The translations under genes were made by a program, and so were the position numbers. A stretch of 63,450 nucleotides of DNA, filler included, from Licmophora abbreviata (lineage: Eukaryota), in NCBI GenBank assembly GCA_900291995.1. It is 17 parts of 17 records of this genome, joined end to end, with 100 filler letters (N's around TTAATTAATTAA, not from the genome) between each part and the next. Parts side by side here need not be neighbours in the genome. Positions count along the whole stretch, not along the records: positions 20,046 to 24,878 come from OLMU01003908.1; positions 24,979 to 26,924 come from OLMU01003910.1; positions 27,025 to 28,810 come from OLMU01003912.1; positions 28,911 to 30,055 come from OLMU01003913.1; positions 30,156 to 32,657 come from OLMU01003914.1; positions 32,758 to 37,916 come from OLMU01003915.1; 11 more parts are not named here. One strand, given 5' to 3'. The notes below the pieces were generated by a model. That model saw nothing but the letters and a program-made list of their open reading frames with translations. It was not told the origin of the DNA and did not search any database. Each line of letters opens with the position of its first letter. Position 1 is the first letter of the stretch. Of the stretch, positions 22,797 to 36,117 are shown one piece after another.

Positions 22797-22870
22797 GCAG
22801 GGATGGTCTAGTTGGTTATGACGGCCGCTTCACACGCGGCAGGTCCCGAGTTCAATTCTCGGTCCTTGTA
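22797..22870 (+). tRNA. trnV-CAC: tRNA-Val (anticodon CAC)
   Basis: Cloverleaf: acceptor GCAGGGA/TCCTTGT, D arm, anticodon stem GCCGC-TTCACAC-GCGGC, T arm CCGAG-TTCAATT-CTCGG. TATA-like TATAAG about 36 bp upstream. Confidence 0.95.
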
Positions 22871-22877
22871 TTTTTTG
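22871..22877 (+). terminator. Pol III oligo-T terminator of tRNA-Val
   Basis: T7 run immediately after the discriminator base. Confidence 0.85.
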
Positions 22878-23121
22878 GCTGCTCTTGACGAGAAGACTTG
22901 ATGAGTCTCGCAGTGCAAGGGCAATGGCAACTATAAAAAGTCGTCAAGAAAACCTCCGAAGGACCGTTCTTCACCATCGCTACCAGTCAGTCTCCCTTTC
23001 ATCCTACACCTCGCTTACATCATTATTTCTAATTTTGTACTTGTAGCAATTTAGCTCCTACGCCTTTTTCTTTCTCTTTGTTCTAAAATTGAAAAAAATG
23101 ACTCTCGCTCCCCTCCTTGTT

Positions 23122-24264
23122 TTACACATCATCTTCATCGCCGACGACAGCCGGCGCCCAGAACTGCACAGTCCGATCTTCCGTCATGCCCCCGGACGCA
23201 ATCAGCTCTTTCGAATCATGCGCTGACACCGCCAAGACTGCATCTTGGTTATGTCCTCCCGATAAGACTTGGCGTGTCGTACGGCGATTCAAGTCGTACA
23301 GAACGACATTGCCATTTTCGGACCCCGTCACGATGCACGGCGTCGTCGTTGTGGTCAAAAAGTCAGAAGCGATGCAGTACTTTGTACTTACGACATCCTT
23401 GCTCGCATAGGTCTTTTTGCAACATCCCTTGCCGCCGCTGCCAGAAGTCGTAGTAGTAATATTGTTGCTGACGGACCAGAGTCGTAATTTGGAATCGAGT
23501 GTTCCTGCTAGAATGTACTTGCCATTGGGTGCGTACTGAACGTGCGAGACGGGAGGATTGGATGGGGCGTAAATTGTCTTCAAACACTCCCCCGTGGCAG
23601 TATCCCAGATCCGTAACAACCCATCGTGACTGCCACTGACAATACAGGTGCCATCGCGGTTGATATCCACAGAAGTGACGGGGTCCGAGTGCGCCGGCAG
23701 TGTACTAACACACTCTCCCGTCCGAACATCCCACAGTTTCACCGTCTCGTCGAAGCTACCACTGACCAACAGATTCCCAGAGGGATTGAACTTGACACAG
23801 AAACAAAAGTTGGAATGCCCCCGAAATTCCACAAGTCCATCTCCCGTTTCCGCATCCCACAGTCGACATGTCTTGTCGTCAGACGCGGTCGCAAGATGTG
23901 GCGTGCCCGAGGGACACCACGAGACATGATTCAGTCCTCTTGTTTGTCCCACGAGCGTCAAGAGTGGCGACAGACTGAGATCCTTGGGAGCGGTACCATC
24001 GGCGGATGAAGTGTACGCATGTTGCATGGTCGCATCGGGAACGTGCCAGAGTTTGCACGTACCATCGGCGGAAGCGGATGCCAGAACATCCGTGCTGCCG
24101 CCGCGTACGAGACGGGAGGGGGCAAAGGCGACGGACGAAACGGCGCGCTTGTGATCGCCAAAGGCAGCCAATTTTACAAAGGGAGGGGGCACTTCTGTTG
24201 CATCGTCCATTGTGGTGTCCTCGAGAACAGGGAGCTTGTAGGTAGACGAGAGAAAGGAGGACAT
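23122..24264 (-). CDS. WDR5: WD40-repeat protein, WDR5/Swd3-like (COMPASS subunit)
   Basis: HKRAVSSVAF, ASDDKTCRLWD, GHSNFCFCVKFNP, SGSFDETVKLWD, LPAHSDPVTSV, NPPVSHV...PNGKYILAGTLDS and KYCI. Confidence 0.88.
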   Translation of the reverse strand: MSSFLSSTYKLPVLEDTTMDDATEVPPPFVKLAAFGDHKRAVSSVAFAPSRLVRGGSTDVLASASADGTCKLWHVPDATMQHAYTSSADGTAPKDLSLSPLLTLVGQTRGLNHVSWCPSGTPHLATASDDKTCRLWDAETGDGLVEFRGHSNFCFCVKFNPSGNLLVSGSFDETVKLWDVRTGECVSTLPAHSDPVTSVDINRDGTCIVSGSHDGLLRIWDTATGECLKTIYAPSNPPVSHVQYAPNGKYILAGTLDSKLRLWSVSNNITTTTSGSGGKGCCKKTYASKDVVSTKYCIASDFLTTTTTPCIVTGSENGNVVLYDLNRRTTRQVLSGGHNQDAVLAVSAHDSKELIASGGMTEDRTVQFWAPAVVGDEDDV

Positions 24265-24631
24265 TCAACATGGTGTGGCGAGACGCATCGACCGCAGCGG
24301 CGCGGTGCAATGAAGTCGCGAAACAGAGCGATGATGACGTATTGGTGACGTGTGCTTACCATACATTCACACTCACAGGCAGCAGGGTAACGACGAGATT
24401 CGTCTCGTCAAATGCCACACGGATGAAGTGATGATGCCGCCTTGTCAAATTTGTTAGAACGCGTAGATACATAGATGTAGCCGAAACATACTTTGCGAGC
24501 AAATCTAATCTAGTAGTGGGACGAAGCTCGCGCTTTCTATCACACACTGACACCGGCAATCAATGAGAGCCCAGATGCCTTCCGGTGAAAGGCGATCCCT
24601 CGCTCCTTCAGCTGAGAATCTCCGACTCGCT

Positions 24632-24878
24632 CTACGCATTCCAGTTCGTGGTTTCCAGAAATGAGACAATCTTTGTGGTATCCAACATGCTGTGACCGGA
24701 AGGCTTGCCCCTTTCCACTCGTCGTGCTCGGTATGCCATCTGGACTTGCGAGGCATAAATATTCAACGGTTCAGGATGCGTTTGAGCATATTCTTCGAGC
24801 ATAGCCCCGATGGCAGACTCGTTTCCCTCCCGAATGGCTCTACAGACATTCCACCATGCCTCTGCCAGTGGATCGCCT
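24632..24878 (-). CDS. C-terminal fragment of an unknown protein
   Basis: Open frame from the spacer: DPLAEAWWNVCRAIREGNESAIGAMLEEYAQTHPEPLNIYASQVQMAYRARR...FLETTNWNA*. No motif recognised. Confidence 0.4.
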
Positions 24879-25279
24879 NNNNNNNNNNNNNNNNNNNNNN
24901 NNNNNNNNNNNNNNNNNNNNNNTTAATTAATTAANNNNNNNNNNNNNNNNNNNNNNNNNNNNNNNNNNNNNNNNNNNNAGCAGATATAGAGCCGACTCAA
25001 GATGCTGGCAGCAGCCTCTTCGTGACCTCACCTCGCTCTTTTCTCATGGGATCCAGCCGTCGAGCCGTGTGAGCAGATATGCAGAGAAGCAACCAATCAC
25101 CTCGACAATGCACTCAGATATTTAGACTACGAATGTGTCCAGCTTCCTCTGATAGCGTGTTTTGGTCAGCGCCCCAGCCTACTTATGATATATAAACCCA
25201 ATAAGACATAGAATAAAGTTTCTCCTAGGGAGCTGCAGTGCTAGCTAGCTAAATTTCAAACCGAAGCAAGAGACATCCT

Positions 25280-26924
25280 CTATCCCAGGCTGGAGTAATG
25301 CTGCTTCAAGACGAGCATGTTGCCCTGTACTGGATCGCTCTTCACTGTACAAAGCTCCTTGACAGCCTCCATGAACTTGTCCCGGCGTTCCTGCGCTGTT
25401 TTCTTCTTGATGTTGAAGATTTTCATGAGCCTCTTGGTGGCAATCGCACCATGATGCAACCAAATTTCTCGTCGAATGGCCTCCTGGGTAACGAGTCGCT
25501 CGCCCTTCTCGTCAATCTCGACACCCTCCGATGATGGCTTGGCAGTCTTTGCCTTGGTGGCAATCTTTTGCTTCGAAGCAGTCGGCAACTTTTCAGCGGC
25601 CGTCATAACCTGCGCCAGCGTGTCGTCAGCTGTCGGCTCCACCGAAGCGGCAACTTCTGCAGTAGCCCTATTCGGCGAGACAGGACGAGATCCCCCCACC
25701 TCATCCTTCTTGTCGTCTTCTCCATCACTCGCCTCTGCAGGCGTCTCTCCTCTCGCTTTCGCCAATAGAGCACGGAATCCCGCAACCGTTGCCAATCCTT
25801 CCGCACCGCCGCCCGATTCTTCCAGCTCTTCTTCATCTTCGTCATCTTCCTCTTCCTGAAACCCGGAATTGGGATCCACGACGACCTCTGCCTCTCCCAG
25901 ATCCACATCATCATCATCAAACTGTTCGTTGGCATCGTAATCTAAGTCTTCGTATTCTGCTTTCACGTCTCGCTGATAGAAATCGTCGCTCATGGCCATG
26001 CCGTCGTATCCAACAGTGCTCTTTTCATCTCGAGTCGCCCCTTCCCCCTTCTTGTTGCTCTCCTCTTTGGCGTCATTGTCTGCCGCAAACCTTCCAAACT
26101 GTCGTTTTCCACCAAACTCGGAGTCATTTGCCCCTCCCAGAACGCCATCTTCATCGACTTTCAATCCATCCTCTGCCAAAGTCGACAGCAGCTCCTTCCT
26201 AGCCCGTCCGCTCCCACTCTTTCGGTTTGTAAACGTCACATCGCCCATGACATCATCGTCATCTTCGATCCCTCCATTGTCATTGTTCTTGTTCAGTTTG
26301 CCAAAAAGTCGACTCTTGGAACCATTCGTCGGTGCCATGCCCTTACGATGCATCATGTAACGGGAGAGATTCGCTCGTTGATCTTGAATGGCATGTTCGG
26401 CATCGCGCAGCGATAGAGTCTGACGAGACGAGGGCTGCGCAAAGGTCTGTGTTGCAAAGGGAGGTTTGATCAATTGTACTTGAATTTTGGGAAGACTGCC
26501 ATCATCATTATCTTGCATGTTTACATCACCACCGTTTTGCTCAGTTGTAGCGGTCGCAGCCACACTCAGTAGTCCATACTGACTTGGATTGTGTTCGGGA
26601 TATCCTTCGTAGCGCGCACTTATAGTCGTCTCCATGTTGACAGGTGGAAGTTTTTGTCGTTTGCGCATCATGGTTTCGAGAAATTCCGTAGATGGCTGGA
26701 GCATCCATTGACGCTTGGGTGCATCGCGACGACGCCAACCCTTTTTTCGCTTCTTCATAGTGTCGGCAGAAGCATCTTGTTCCTCGTCCGAGTCATCCTG
26801 ATTTTTTTAAAGAAAAAAAGGCAAATGAGCAACAGTGTAAACGAAGCTGATTCTAAACCTCTTCTGTTGTTTTTGGACTCGATTCCTCCTCATACTTCTA
26901 CTCACCTGAGCCTTGGGCGTATCT
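25280..26924 (-). CDS. Transcription initiation factor IIF large subunit (RAP74-like), 5' truncated; intron ~26799-26905
   Basis: QTLSLRDAE, acidic DLDYDANEQFDDDD centre and C-terminal winged helix VTQEAIRREI...IATKRLMKIF...LVLK. Confidence 0.7.
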
Positions 26925-27024
26925 NNNNNNNNNNNNNNNNNNNNNNNNNNNNNNNNNNNNNNNNNNNNTTAATTAATTAANNNNNNNNNNNNNNNNNNNN
27001 NNNNNNNNNNNNNNNNNNNNNNNN

Positions 27025-27329
27025 AGGTGCTGACATTTACGGAAGAGCAAGTTATGGCCAATGAAATGAATCACATGAGACAAATTTGGGATAAAGAGCG
27101 AGAAATAACAGACGTAACGGCAAAGCTCGAAAACCTCAAACGAGCCCATCAAGGACAAATGGAAGAGAAGGAAAATGAACTGACCGAAACACGAAAGGAG
27201 CTATCGAGGACTCGGCGTGAAGCAGATGATACAAAGCATCAATTGAAGAAGACAAGTACAGCTTTGATTCAATGCCAGCACGAGCTGTTCGAGTTGAAGG
27301 AGAGGACCTGGAACTGGAATCTGTGGTAG
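27025..27329 (+). CDS. C-terminal fragment of a coiled-coil protein
   Basis: Open heptad-rich frame from the spacer to TAG, ending TWNWNLW. Confidence 0.5.
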
Positions 27330-27647
27330 ACGCACGACCACAAATAGAGAGAGACGACGTCGTTCGAATGAAACAAAAAAGAGTTCATGTCTGTAACAGT
27401 ATCCATCGAGGCGAATGAATAGAGAATTTTTTTACTATCACCAATATGATGACTAGTTTGTTTCCGTAATATGGTCTGAAAGGTCGCAGCTGTCCAGTGC
27501 GGCTAGGCCGCCCAACAGTTCTCAAACCGCCGGAAAGACCGTCTGGGTCCACAGAAGCGAGTGCACTCTACTAATTTCGCTTTCTCTTTGACAGTTACAT
27601 TCATCATCAAGAGCTCCAAGTAATAGAACTATCATATCCTTTTGCTA

Positions 27648-28546
27648 TCAACAGCACGGGTCACCGACAGCCGACACGCTACTACTCCCTTGTCGGTTCA
27701 AATTGATAGGATCCGTTGTGGGCGGCACAAAGAGTTGCGGCTGCGACTTGCGCTTGTGATCTTCATAGGCCAGAGCCAGTCTCGACACTTCCAAGAAGGC
27801 GTCTTCTACGTTCAAGGCACTCTTCGCGGACGTTTCATAATGAGGCAAAGTATTGCGTGCCAGTCCACCGAGTGTGGATACGGCTCCACCTGCAGCGTTG
27901 GCACACCACTCCTCGGCTCGCTCCCGTGGCACCAACCGATCCTGCTCCTTATCCACCTTGTTTCCCAATACAACAAAGGGAAATGGTATATCCGAGCTTC
28001 TACTCCCCAATCCCGCAATACCTCCTCCAACTTGCGTCAGAAACTCCGTCTTCCAGTGATCTAAATTGTCCAGCGAATGTGGGTCGGTAATATCATAGAC
28101 CAACAAGCAGGCATCGGCCCCACGATAAAATCCAACCCCCAAGGACTGAAATCTTTCTTGCCCTGCCGTATCCCAAATTTGCAGTGTCACCACATGGCGC
28201 TGGCCAAAGAGGTCGTCCACCACGACTTCCTTGCTCAGAAAGTCCGCACCAATCGTGGCCTTGTACTGGCCGGTGAACTTGCCCGTGCTGTAGCGATTCA
28301 TTAAACTCGTCTTGCCAACGCTGAGGTTCAGGAGATAGTAGCGAGAGGATACCATCCGTGTGAGCAAAAGATTCGCATAGACAGAACGACTCTTTCGGTG
28401 CCAACATGCCCATGGTCGAAACTGCGCTTTCGTCGGTTCTAGTGTGCGTAGCTCTCCGTAGAGTTTCTACAAGGACTCTCACCCGAATTCCAAACTCACC
28501 CTGAGTCTCCCAGCAAGACGATCTTTAGAACATGCTTTGGCGGCAT
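27648..28546 (-). CDS. RAB7: Rab7-family small GTPase; intron 28321-28499
   Basis: Spliced LKIVLLGDSGVGKTSLMN, YKATIGADFL, WDTAGQERFQSLG, FPFVVLGNKVD, ETSAK and C-terminal CC prenylation site. Confidence 0.92.
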
Positions 28547-29000
28547 TCTTCTAAATTATTCTAAAATTGTATAAGAAACTGTAGTAGTAGTGGCATGGAG
28601 GGTTCTTGGATCAAGAAGAATGGGCAACGGGGAAAGCAGAACGAATCACGGAGCTTGCTTCATTTTTTTGTCGTCGTCGCTCCTTCGGAGGAAAGTGATG
28701 ATGTTGCTAGTTACGTATTCAGTATGGGGTATGCACGCGCGAAACAGAAAAGCTCGCGCGTGTCTTCGGACCTCGCATACCGTTTGGACGAGACGCGACC
28801 ATGACACAACNNNNNNNNNNNNNNNNNNNNNNNNNNNNNNNNNNNNNNNNNNNNTTAATTAATTAANNNNNNNNNNNNNNNNNNNNNNNNNNNNNNNNNN
28901 NNNNNNNNNNACACAGTCTCAAAAGGGGCGTCGTAAATCATGTTTCCATCGCGGTCTCCTTGTACGACCTCATCCTCACTAGTCTAGCACTCTTGAAAAC

Positions 29001-29801
29001 ATGAGCAGGCTTTCAAACTACTCGAAATTCGATCATTTGGACGATTCAGACGACGACCAAAAGGGAGCGTCGTCATCCGCGATGCAGAAACAGCAGGAAG
29101 GACCTGCCGTGGCAACACCACCACAAGCTTCCACGCCACAGACGGCAGCCGCGCCACCCAGAAACATGCCAGGAGCAGCAACAATGATGCATAGAAAAGA
29201 TTCCAAGACGGGTCGATTCGTCTTTTCCACGAGTGATGGTCAGACCCTGTACGAGTGGGAACAAAAAGTGGAATGTACGAGTATGATAGTAGACTATGCC
29301 TTCTTCTTCTCGCGTGCGCAACGATTTCCCAGTCTCTCTCACACATAATCTTTGCATTGTTTCGTATCTTCCCCTTATTTAGCCGTCAGCGTGTACGTTC
29401 CAGCTCCACCTGGTGTGAAGGCAAACGACTTGATCTGTACCATCACTCCATTGCATTTGAAATTAGGCATGCGGCAAGCCGTCCAAACACAGAATGCCTG
29501 GTACTTTGACTTTGACTTCTTTGACACGGTACAAACAAACGAGTCCACGTGGTACCTTGAGACTGGCGATACAACTCCTACTATTTGCATAGTCCTCACC
29601 AAGGCTCATCCGGGACAAGTGTGGACACGCGTATTTGCTACAGAACCCGATATGGATGCAGCGTCGGAGGAGAGGCTCAAACAAGAACTCATGAAGGAGC
29701 GGTTTCAAGTGGAACATGCAGGCTTTGACTTTCGGGACGCTGAATTCAATGGCAGTGCGCCAGATCCACGAAGTTTTCTCGGTGGAATGCCGTCCATGTA
29801 A
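29001..29801 (+). CDS. NudC/CS-domain co-chaperone (NudCD2-like); intron 29275-29382
   Basis: YEWEQ..SVSVYVP, ESTWYLE, LMKERFQVEHAGFDFRDAEFNGSAPDPRSFLGG. Confidence 0.82.
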
Positions 29802-30155
29802 GTTGCTTGGAAGGAACTCTGCCACCATGAGCGAGCTGCAATGTAGCCATGTCTACTTTTTAGGCATGATGGGAAAGACATCACTAGCACTAAAAGAGCG
29901 GCTAGTCCACGAAAGCAATAGCATGGAATCAGTCGACGACGAGGTGATCGTGCAGTCTATCGTACCCGCCTGTATTGCGGCTCCCATTAGCTTCCTGCAT
30001 TTCGGATGTACCTCCGGGTTGTCTTATTTCTCTGGCGTTGCTTGATTTCAGACCANNNNNNNNNNNNNNNNNNNNNNNNNNNNNNNNNNNNNNNNNNNNT
30101 TAATTAATTAANNNNNNNNNNNNNNNNNNNNNNNNNNNNNNNNNNNNNNNNNNNN

Positions 30156-33100
30156 AGCCCTTCTGCTGACCATGATCTTGGCCATCCCTATTGGAGGACA
30201 AGGTTTAGTTTCAAAACTTCCCGCGTTCCAAACGTCATCATTGTCACGCCATCACTACAGCTACCGAAATTCAGAGTCATTTTCCCTCCATGTCGCCACC
30301 TCGGACTCTGCATCCACCACTAGCAGTACTCCCTCACCAAGTCAAAGCACTAATAAATTGACTTGCGATGTTCCAATCTTCAACAATGTCATGGCTTGCA
30401 ATCGCGCTGAAATTGCTGTCCGCATCATGCGCGCCGCCACGGAACTCAACGCCGGGACGGTGGCCATTTACGACAAGGAGGACCGCTACTCGCAGCATCG
30501 GTGGGGTGCCGATCGGAGTTTTCAATTGTCACGGACAGAGGAGGCGACGCCCATTTCTGCCTATCTAGATATCAAACAGATCATTCAAATCGCCAAGGAC
30601 AGCAATGTTGATGCGATTCATCCCGGATATGGCTTTCTAAGCGAGTCTCCGGAATTGGCGCAGGCGTGTGAGGATGCGGGCATTACCTTCGTCGGACCCA
30701 CCGTGGAGAATCTCAACATGTTCTCCGATAAGACATCTGCGAGACGGGCAGCGATTGAGGCGGGTGTGCCGGTAGTGCCTGGATCCGATGGCGCCTTGAA
30801 GAACGCCGAGGAAGTTACGACCTTTGTGGAAGACATTGGACTTCCTGTCATTCTGAAGGCCGCCATGGGCGGTGGAGGCAAGGGCATGCGCGTCGTTCGC
30901 AACATGGAAGATCTAGTGCCCTCCTTCGAAGCTGCCAGCTCGGAGGCGCTCGCCAGCTTTGGGGACGGTTCCGTCTTTGTCGAGCGTTTCGTCGATCGAC
31001 CGCGTCATATTGAAGTTCAGATTGTCGGCGACGGTACTGGCAATGTTGTGCACTTGTGGGAGCGCGACTGTTCCATCCAGAGACGTCATCAAAAGGTGAT
31101 TGAGATGGCACCGGCCTGGTCTCTTCCTGACGAACTCCGTGCCGATTTGCACCGCTATGCCATGGATCTGACCTCACGTGCCAACTACAAGAATGCGGGA
31201 ACCGTGGAGTTTCTGGTGGATGCCGAACTTCGTCCGTATTTCATTGAAGTCAATCCTCGTATTCAAGTGGAACATACAGTGACAGAAGAAGTGACGGGTA
31301 TTGATTTGGTGCAGGCGCAGCTCAAGATTGCGGCGGGAGCATCGTTGGAAGAAATCGGACTCATTCAAGAAAACATTGCTCCGCGGTGCGTATTTTAGTG
31401 TGTATGAGACAGAGATGCATGCATTGGATTTTTCCTGAATCAACGCTACTTTTCATTCGAGTGTCTCACCATGCTAGATTACTTTTTCATTTCATGTACA
31501 GTGGTGTCGCCATTCAGTGTCGCGTCACGACGGAAAACGCGGAACGCGATTTCGCCCCCGATACTGGCACTGTCAGTTTGTACCGTCACTCTGCGGGTGC
31601 TGGAGTGCGAATGGACGGAATCGGCTACTCGGGCCTTCGTATTACCCCTTACTTTGATTCTATGATTGTCAAGTACACGGCACGTGGCTCGACATTCCAG
31701 GAGACTGTGGCGCGGATGAAGCGTGTTTTGCAGGAGATGCGTATCCGTGGTGTCAAGACGAATGCATCCTTTCTCTTGAATGTGTTGTCGCACCCGGACT
31801 TTGCGACGGGTATCGTTACTACATCCTTCATTGACGAAAATCCTGACCTCAAAAAGGTGTCGCAGTCGAAATGGGATTTCTCGAATGAAGAACAGGCAGA
31901 CCCGCGCAAGCTGTATCGTACGGAACGCTTCGTCCGGTATCTGGCCAATCTTGCCGTGAATGGACATCCGCCGGAGCTTGGAGCTGATGCGAGCAAAATT
32001 CAACTAGGATCTACTGCAGCCGTTTCTCCTCCGACCATGCCGAAAACAGCGCATGTTGCTGCCCAGGGCGCCGAGGCGAAAGGCATGCGTCATATCTTGT
32101 TGGAGAAGGGCCCTGAAGAATTCGCCAAGGCCGTTCGCGAACACAAAGGATTGCTGCTTATGGACACGACCTGGCGAGATGCGCACCAGTCTTTGTTTGC
32201 TACCCGTATGCGAACGCAGGAGTTTCTGAACTGTGCCGATTTCACCAACCAGGCTCTTGCCAATGCCTTCTCGCTTGAAATGTGGGGTGGGGCTACCTTT
32301 GATGTGGCCATGCGATTTCTCCATGAATGTCCCTGGGAACGTTTGGAGAAGCTACGTGAAGCTGTGCCAGATGTTCCCTTCCAAATGCTGCTTCGTGGCG
32401 CGAATGCAGTTGGATACACAAACTATCCAGACAATGTGGTGTACAAGTTTTGTGCCGAGGCTCAAAAGTCTGGTATCGACGTATTCCGAGTGTTTGATTC
32501 GCTGAACTATATTGAAAATCTCAAGCTGGGAGTAGATGCTGCTGGCTCGGCTGGAGGCTTTGTAGAAGGAGCCATGTCCTACACGGGCGACGTTGCAGAC
32601 CTTTCCAAAGGAAATACACTCTTGAATACTACTTGAAGCTTGCAGAGGAGTTGGTCGNNNNNNNNNNNNNNNNNNNNNNNNNNNNNNNNNNNNNNNNNNN
32701 NTTAATTAATTAANNNNNNNNNNNNNNNNNNNNNNNNNNNNNNNNNNNNNNNNNNNNATACACTCTTGAATACTACTTGAAGCTTGCAGAGGAGTTGGTC
32801 GACATGGGCGTCCATTCTCTTGCTATCAAAGATATGGCTGGACTTTTGACTCCTCGAGCGACCAAGCTTCTGGTGGGAGCCCTCCGCGAGCAGCATCCAG
32901 ATATTCCCATTCATGTCCACACCCACGACACTCCTGGAAGCGGCGTTGCGTCAATGCTGGCAGCCGCAGAGGCTGGAGCTGATATTGTAGATGGTGCCAT
33001 GGACGCCGTCTCTGGACTGACGTCCCAACCGTCCCTGGGTGCGATTGCTGCGAACTTGCGTGGGACGGAGCAGGACACAGGTCTCGACTCGGTGGCACTC

Positions 33101-34232
33101 AACTCTCTTAATACGGTGCGTCTCATTTACAATTTCGCTCCTGCATCAGGATGACCAAAGTGATGTCTAATCATGCAACATTTCTAATCCTCGTCCACAG
33201 TACTGGGAAAACGTGCGATCACTCTATGCTCCCTTCGAGTCTGGACAGCTCTCGGGATCTTCCGACGTATACCAGCACGAAATTCCAGGGGGCCAGTACA
33301 CCAATCTTCTCTTCCAATCCAAGCAACTTGGCTTGACCGATAAGTGGCCCGAAATTAAGCAAAAATACGCTGAAGCAAACGTGGTTCTAGGTGACATTCC
33401 TAAGGTAACTCCTTCTTCCAAGGTTGTTGGAGATTTGGCTCAGTTCATGGTAGCGCAAGACTTGGACGCGCATTCAATCGTCGATCAGGCCGATACTCTG
33501 GCTTTCCCCGACTCGGTCGTGAACTACTTGAAAGGTGACATTGGAGTTCCGCCTGGTGGCTTCCCTGAACCACTTCGCGGCAAGGTTCTCAAGAGTCGTG
33601 GCCTTGACGCGGTTGCTGGAAGACCAGGAGCCTCCCTGCCCGACTATGACTTTGAAGCAGAACGCGAAGCGCTCTCCGAGAAGTACGGCACAGCCGTTAC
33701 GGAAAAGGACCTTCTTTCGTACGCCCTGTATCCAAATGTCTTTGTAGACTGGAAGGAATTCGAAGCTATCTATGGTGAAGTATCGGAACTCCCTACGCAT
33801 CTTTTCTTGAACCCCATGAAACCTGGCGACGAGGTGGAACTCGAAATGAGCAGGGGCAAAATGCTCCTTATTAAGTTGGTCTCCATACAAGATGTCAGCG
33901 AAGAGGGAACACGCATGGTTTCTTTTGAGATTGATGGCGAACAATGGTACATGCCCGTCACCGACCAGGCGTCATTGGAAAGTGGTGGAGCCGTGCGTGA
34001 AAAGTCGGGGGCACCTGGGTCGGTCGGCAGCCCCATGACAGGAGTCATTGTCGGCGTGAAGGTTAAGGCCGGTGATAGGGTCGCGGAAGGCGAGGCCGTG
34101 GCAACACTCTCGGCCATGAAGATGGAAACGTCCATTCCGGCAACGGCCTCAGGAGTCGTCAAGCGTGTCGTGGTAAACGTCGGTGACAAGGTCGAGGGCG
34201 ACGACTTGCTAATGGAAATTGAAGATCAGTAG
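30156..34232 (+). CDS. PYC: Pyruvate carboxylase, plastid-type; introns 31386-31501 and 33116-33200; spacer with 44-bp overlap; 5' end possibly truncated
   Basis: Biotin carboxylase domain ([28 protein letters not shown]), carboxyltransferase domain ([22 protein letters not shown]) and biotinyl AMKM motif. Signal-like N-terminus. Confidence 0.96.
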
Positions 34233-34295
34233 TACGGACGCATTACTTCTACTTTATTAAAGTAAATGATGTATGCGTTGACTCTTTCGTGTTTG

Positions 34296-35833
34296 CTACA
34301 ACTCTTGCCGCCTTGTCTTCCATGCCGATGCCACAGTGCCATCAAAGTCGAGATTGAGCTGTTGACCCTGAAACCACGATGCCAAGGGTAGGTCTCCTCC
34401 ACGAGCTTGAAATTCACGATCCAATGAATCCAAATAGGCCTGTCTCTCATCCTCAACCAAGTTAACATGTTCGTGCTTCGACTTCACATCCCCAACCCAC
34501 TCTAATAAATTCACCAAATCCCCAAACATCGCATGAACGTACTTGTTATCGCTCCACCGACTGCGAAGACCTTCGCGACGCCGATCCCACGTCGCCGTGT
34601 ATCCCTCTTTGAATTTTTTGTGCAGATAGGGTAAACTGAAGTAGGAAGCAAACCAGCTCAGGTTGGTGGCTTCTTGAGATACAGGACTGACCCGATCCAG
34701 GGCAAGGAATCCCACCAGTATGTATCGCGTTCCACTCGTCACCGCCATACCCTCGTGATGGATTTGCGCCGAATGGGCCACGAGCTGTCCTACCGAAGCG
34801 GGCTGAATGTGTGCAAACGGTGCTTGCGTCAGGCGATTCCAAAACTGCGTACCGCCACCCTCAAAGTCCTGACTCAAGAGGATATTGATGCTAATGTCGC
34901 CATCGTCGGTATGGGTAGCCAGAAATGGACGATCGGTGGCATCATAGCGAACGACAAACATCTGCGTAGGGCAGTGAAATGGTGCATGAGAAACGGCAAA
35001 CACATCCTGCCTCGTGCAAGTACGTACAGACGCCATCCGATACTGCTAGTACTCACATCATTGGCTCGAATTGCGCTACGGCTCACTCCAAACACTCTCT
35101 CCAACAAGGGCGCCAGTCGAGCATCCAGTCGTTCTTGTATATACTCCCGATCCTCTTCTAGAAACGGATCATTCACCAAATTCAAGTCTGTCGTTGGGTA
35201 ATTGTTATGCCGTGTCTTGTGCCATCCATGTGGGGCTTTTAAAAAGTCTTGGATCGTAGTGTTCCGAGGATCGGAGGATGCTTGCAGAATGGCATTCTCG
35301 TGATTTCGGTCTCCTGCCCGATGAGCCATGTCAATGACATATTGGCACTCCTCAGATGTTAGCAGGGGAGCTTGAAAGACCCGACGCGAGACGTACGTAT
35401 TGTTTGAAGACAACAGAATGATTCCAGCCACCGAGAGTATCGACAAGATGGCTGATAGAGCCAGTACCTCGAAATGAATTTCTGCGGCTGGTGAATCCTG
35501 CACCAATGATGACGAGGGAGAAGTACTAGTAGCGTGGTTTAAAGCCTTGGGATCCCTCTTCTCTCCCCTATTTTTGCCGTTCGACACTGTATGTCTCCCC
35601 GATTTTCCATTCGTCGCAGCTATTTCCGCCGTAGTACTGCTGCTGCTGTGTTCGCCGCGCTTGTACAAATACGTTTCTGTCCAGTGCGGAAAGACAACCA
35701 ACCAGAAAACAGTCGCCAGAATCAATGCTGCGCTTAGCACTAGACGTTCTAATGGATAGTTAGGAGGCACCTGTGCTAGAAATTGCTCTCCCGGGAAGCC
35801 AAAGGGAGCGGCAGTGGCGGACGTCGTCGACAT
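34296..35833 (-). CDS. Membrane-anchored 2OG/Fe(II) dioxygenase with lysyl-hydroxylase (PLOD)-like domain, copy A; intron 34962-35056
   Basis: Two N-terminal TM helices. RHNNYPTTD, FVVRY, HTD, DFEGGGTQF and HEGMAVTSGTRYILVGF. Ends RQEL. Confidence 0.85.
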
Positions 35834-36117
35834 GGTGTAGGTATTTCTGGGTCAAATGTTTGTTGCCCTTCATTGGGATGAATGCGAACCCTATCCGGCG
35901 GTTGGTAGATTCGACGAAGATTCTCGTTAAGTACAAAACGTAATTTCATTTATTTGCTTAAATATATGACATGAATGACATTTTTCGAAACCAACTGCCG
36001 AAACGAAAAACATGAAAACATGACCCCACTTTTACTTTTGCCGACGGCTATCTGTTTGGATTCAACATCCTTTCTCGTCGCCACCCTGCCCCCGTCACCC
36101 CATTCTTCGCCTCACTC

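Noticed and set aside
32605..32640. Frameshift in pyruvate carboxylase (GGAAATAC where GGAAAATAC would give KGKY) as pseudogenisation or programmed frameshifting
   Set aside because: One A is missing in a homopolymer at a contig end of an otherwise intact conserved gene, which points to sequencing error.
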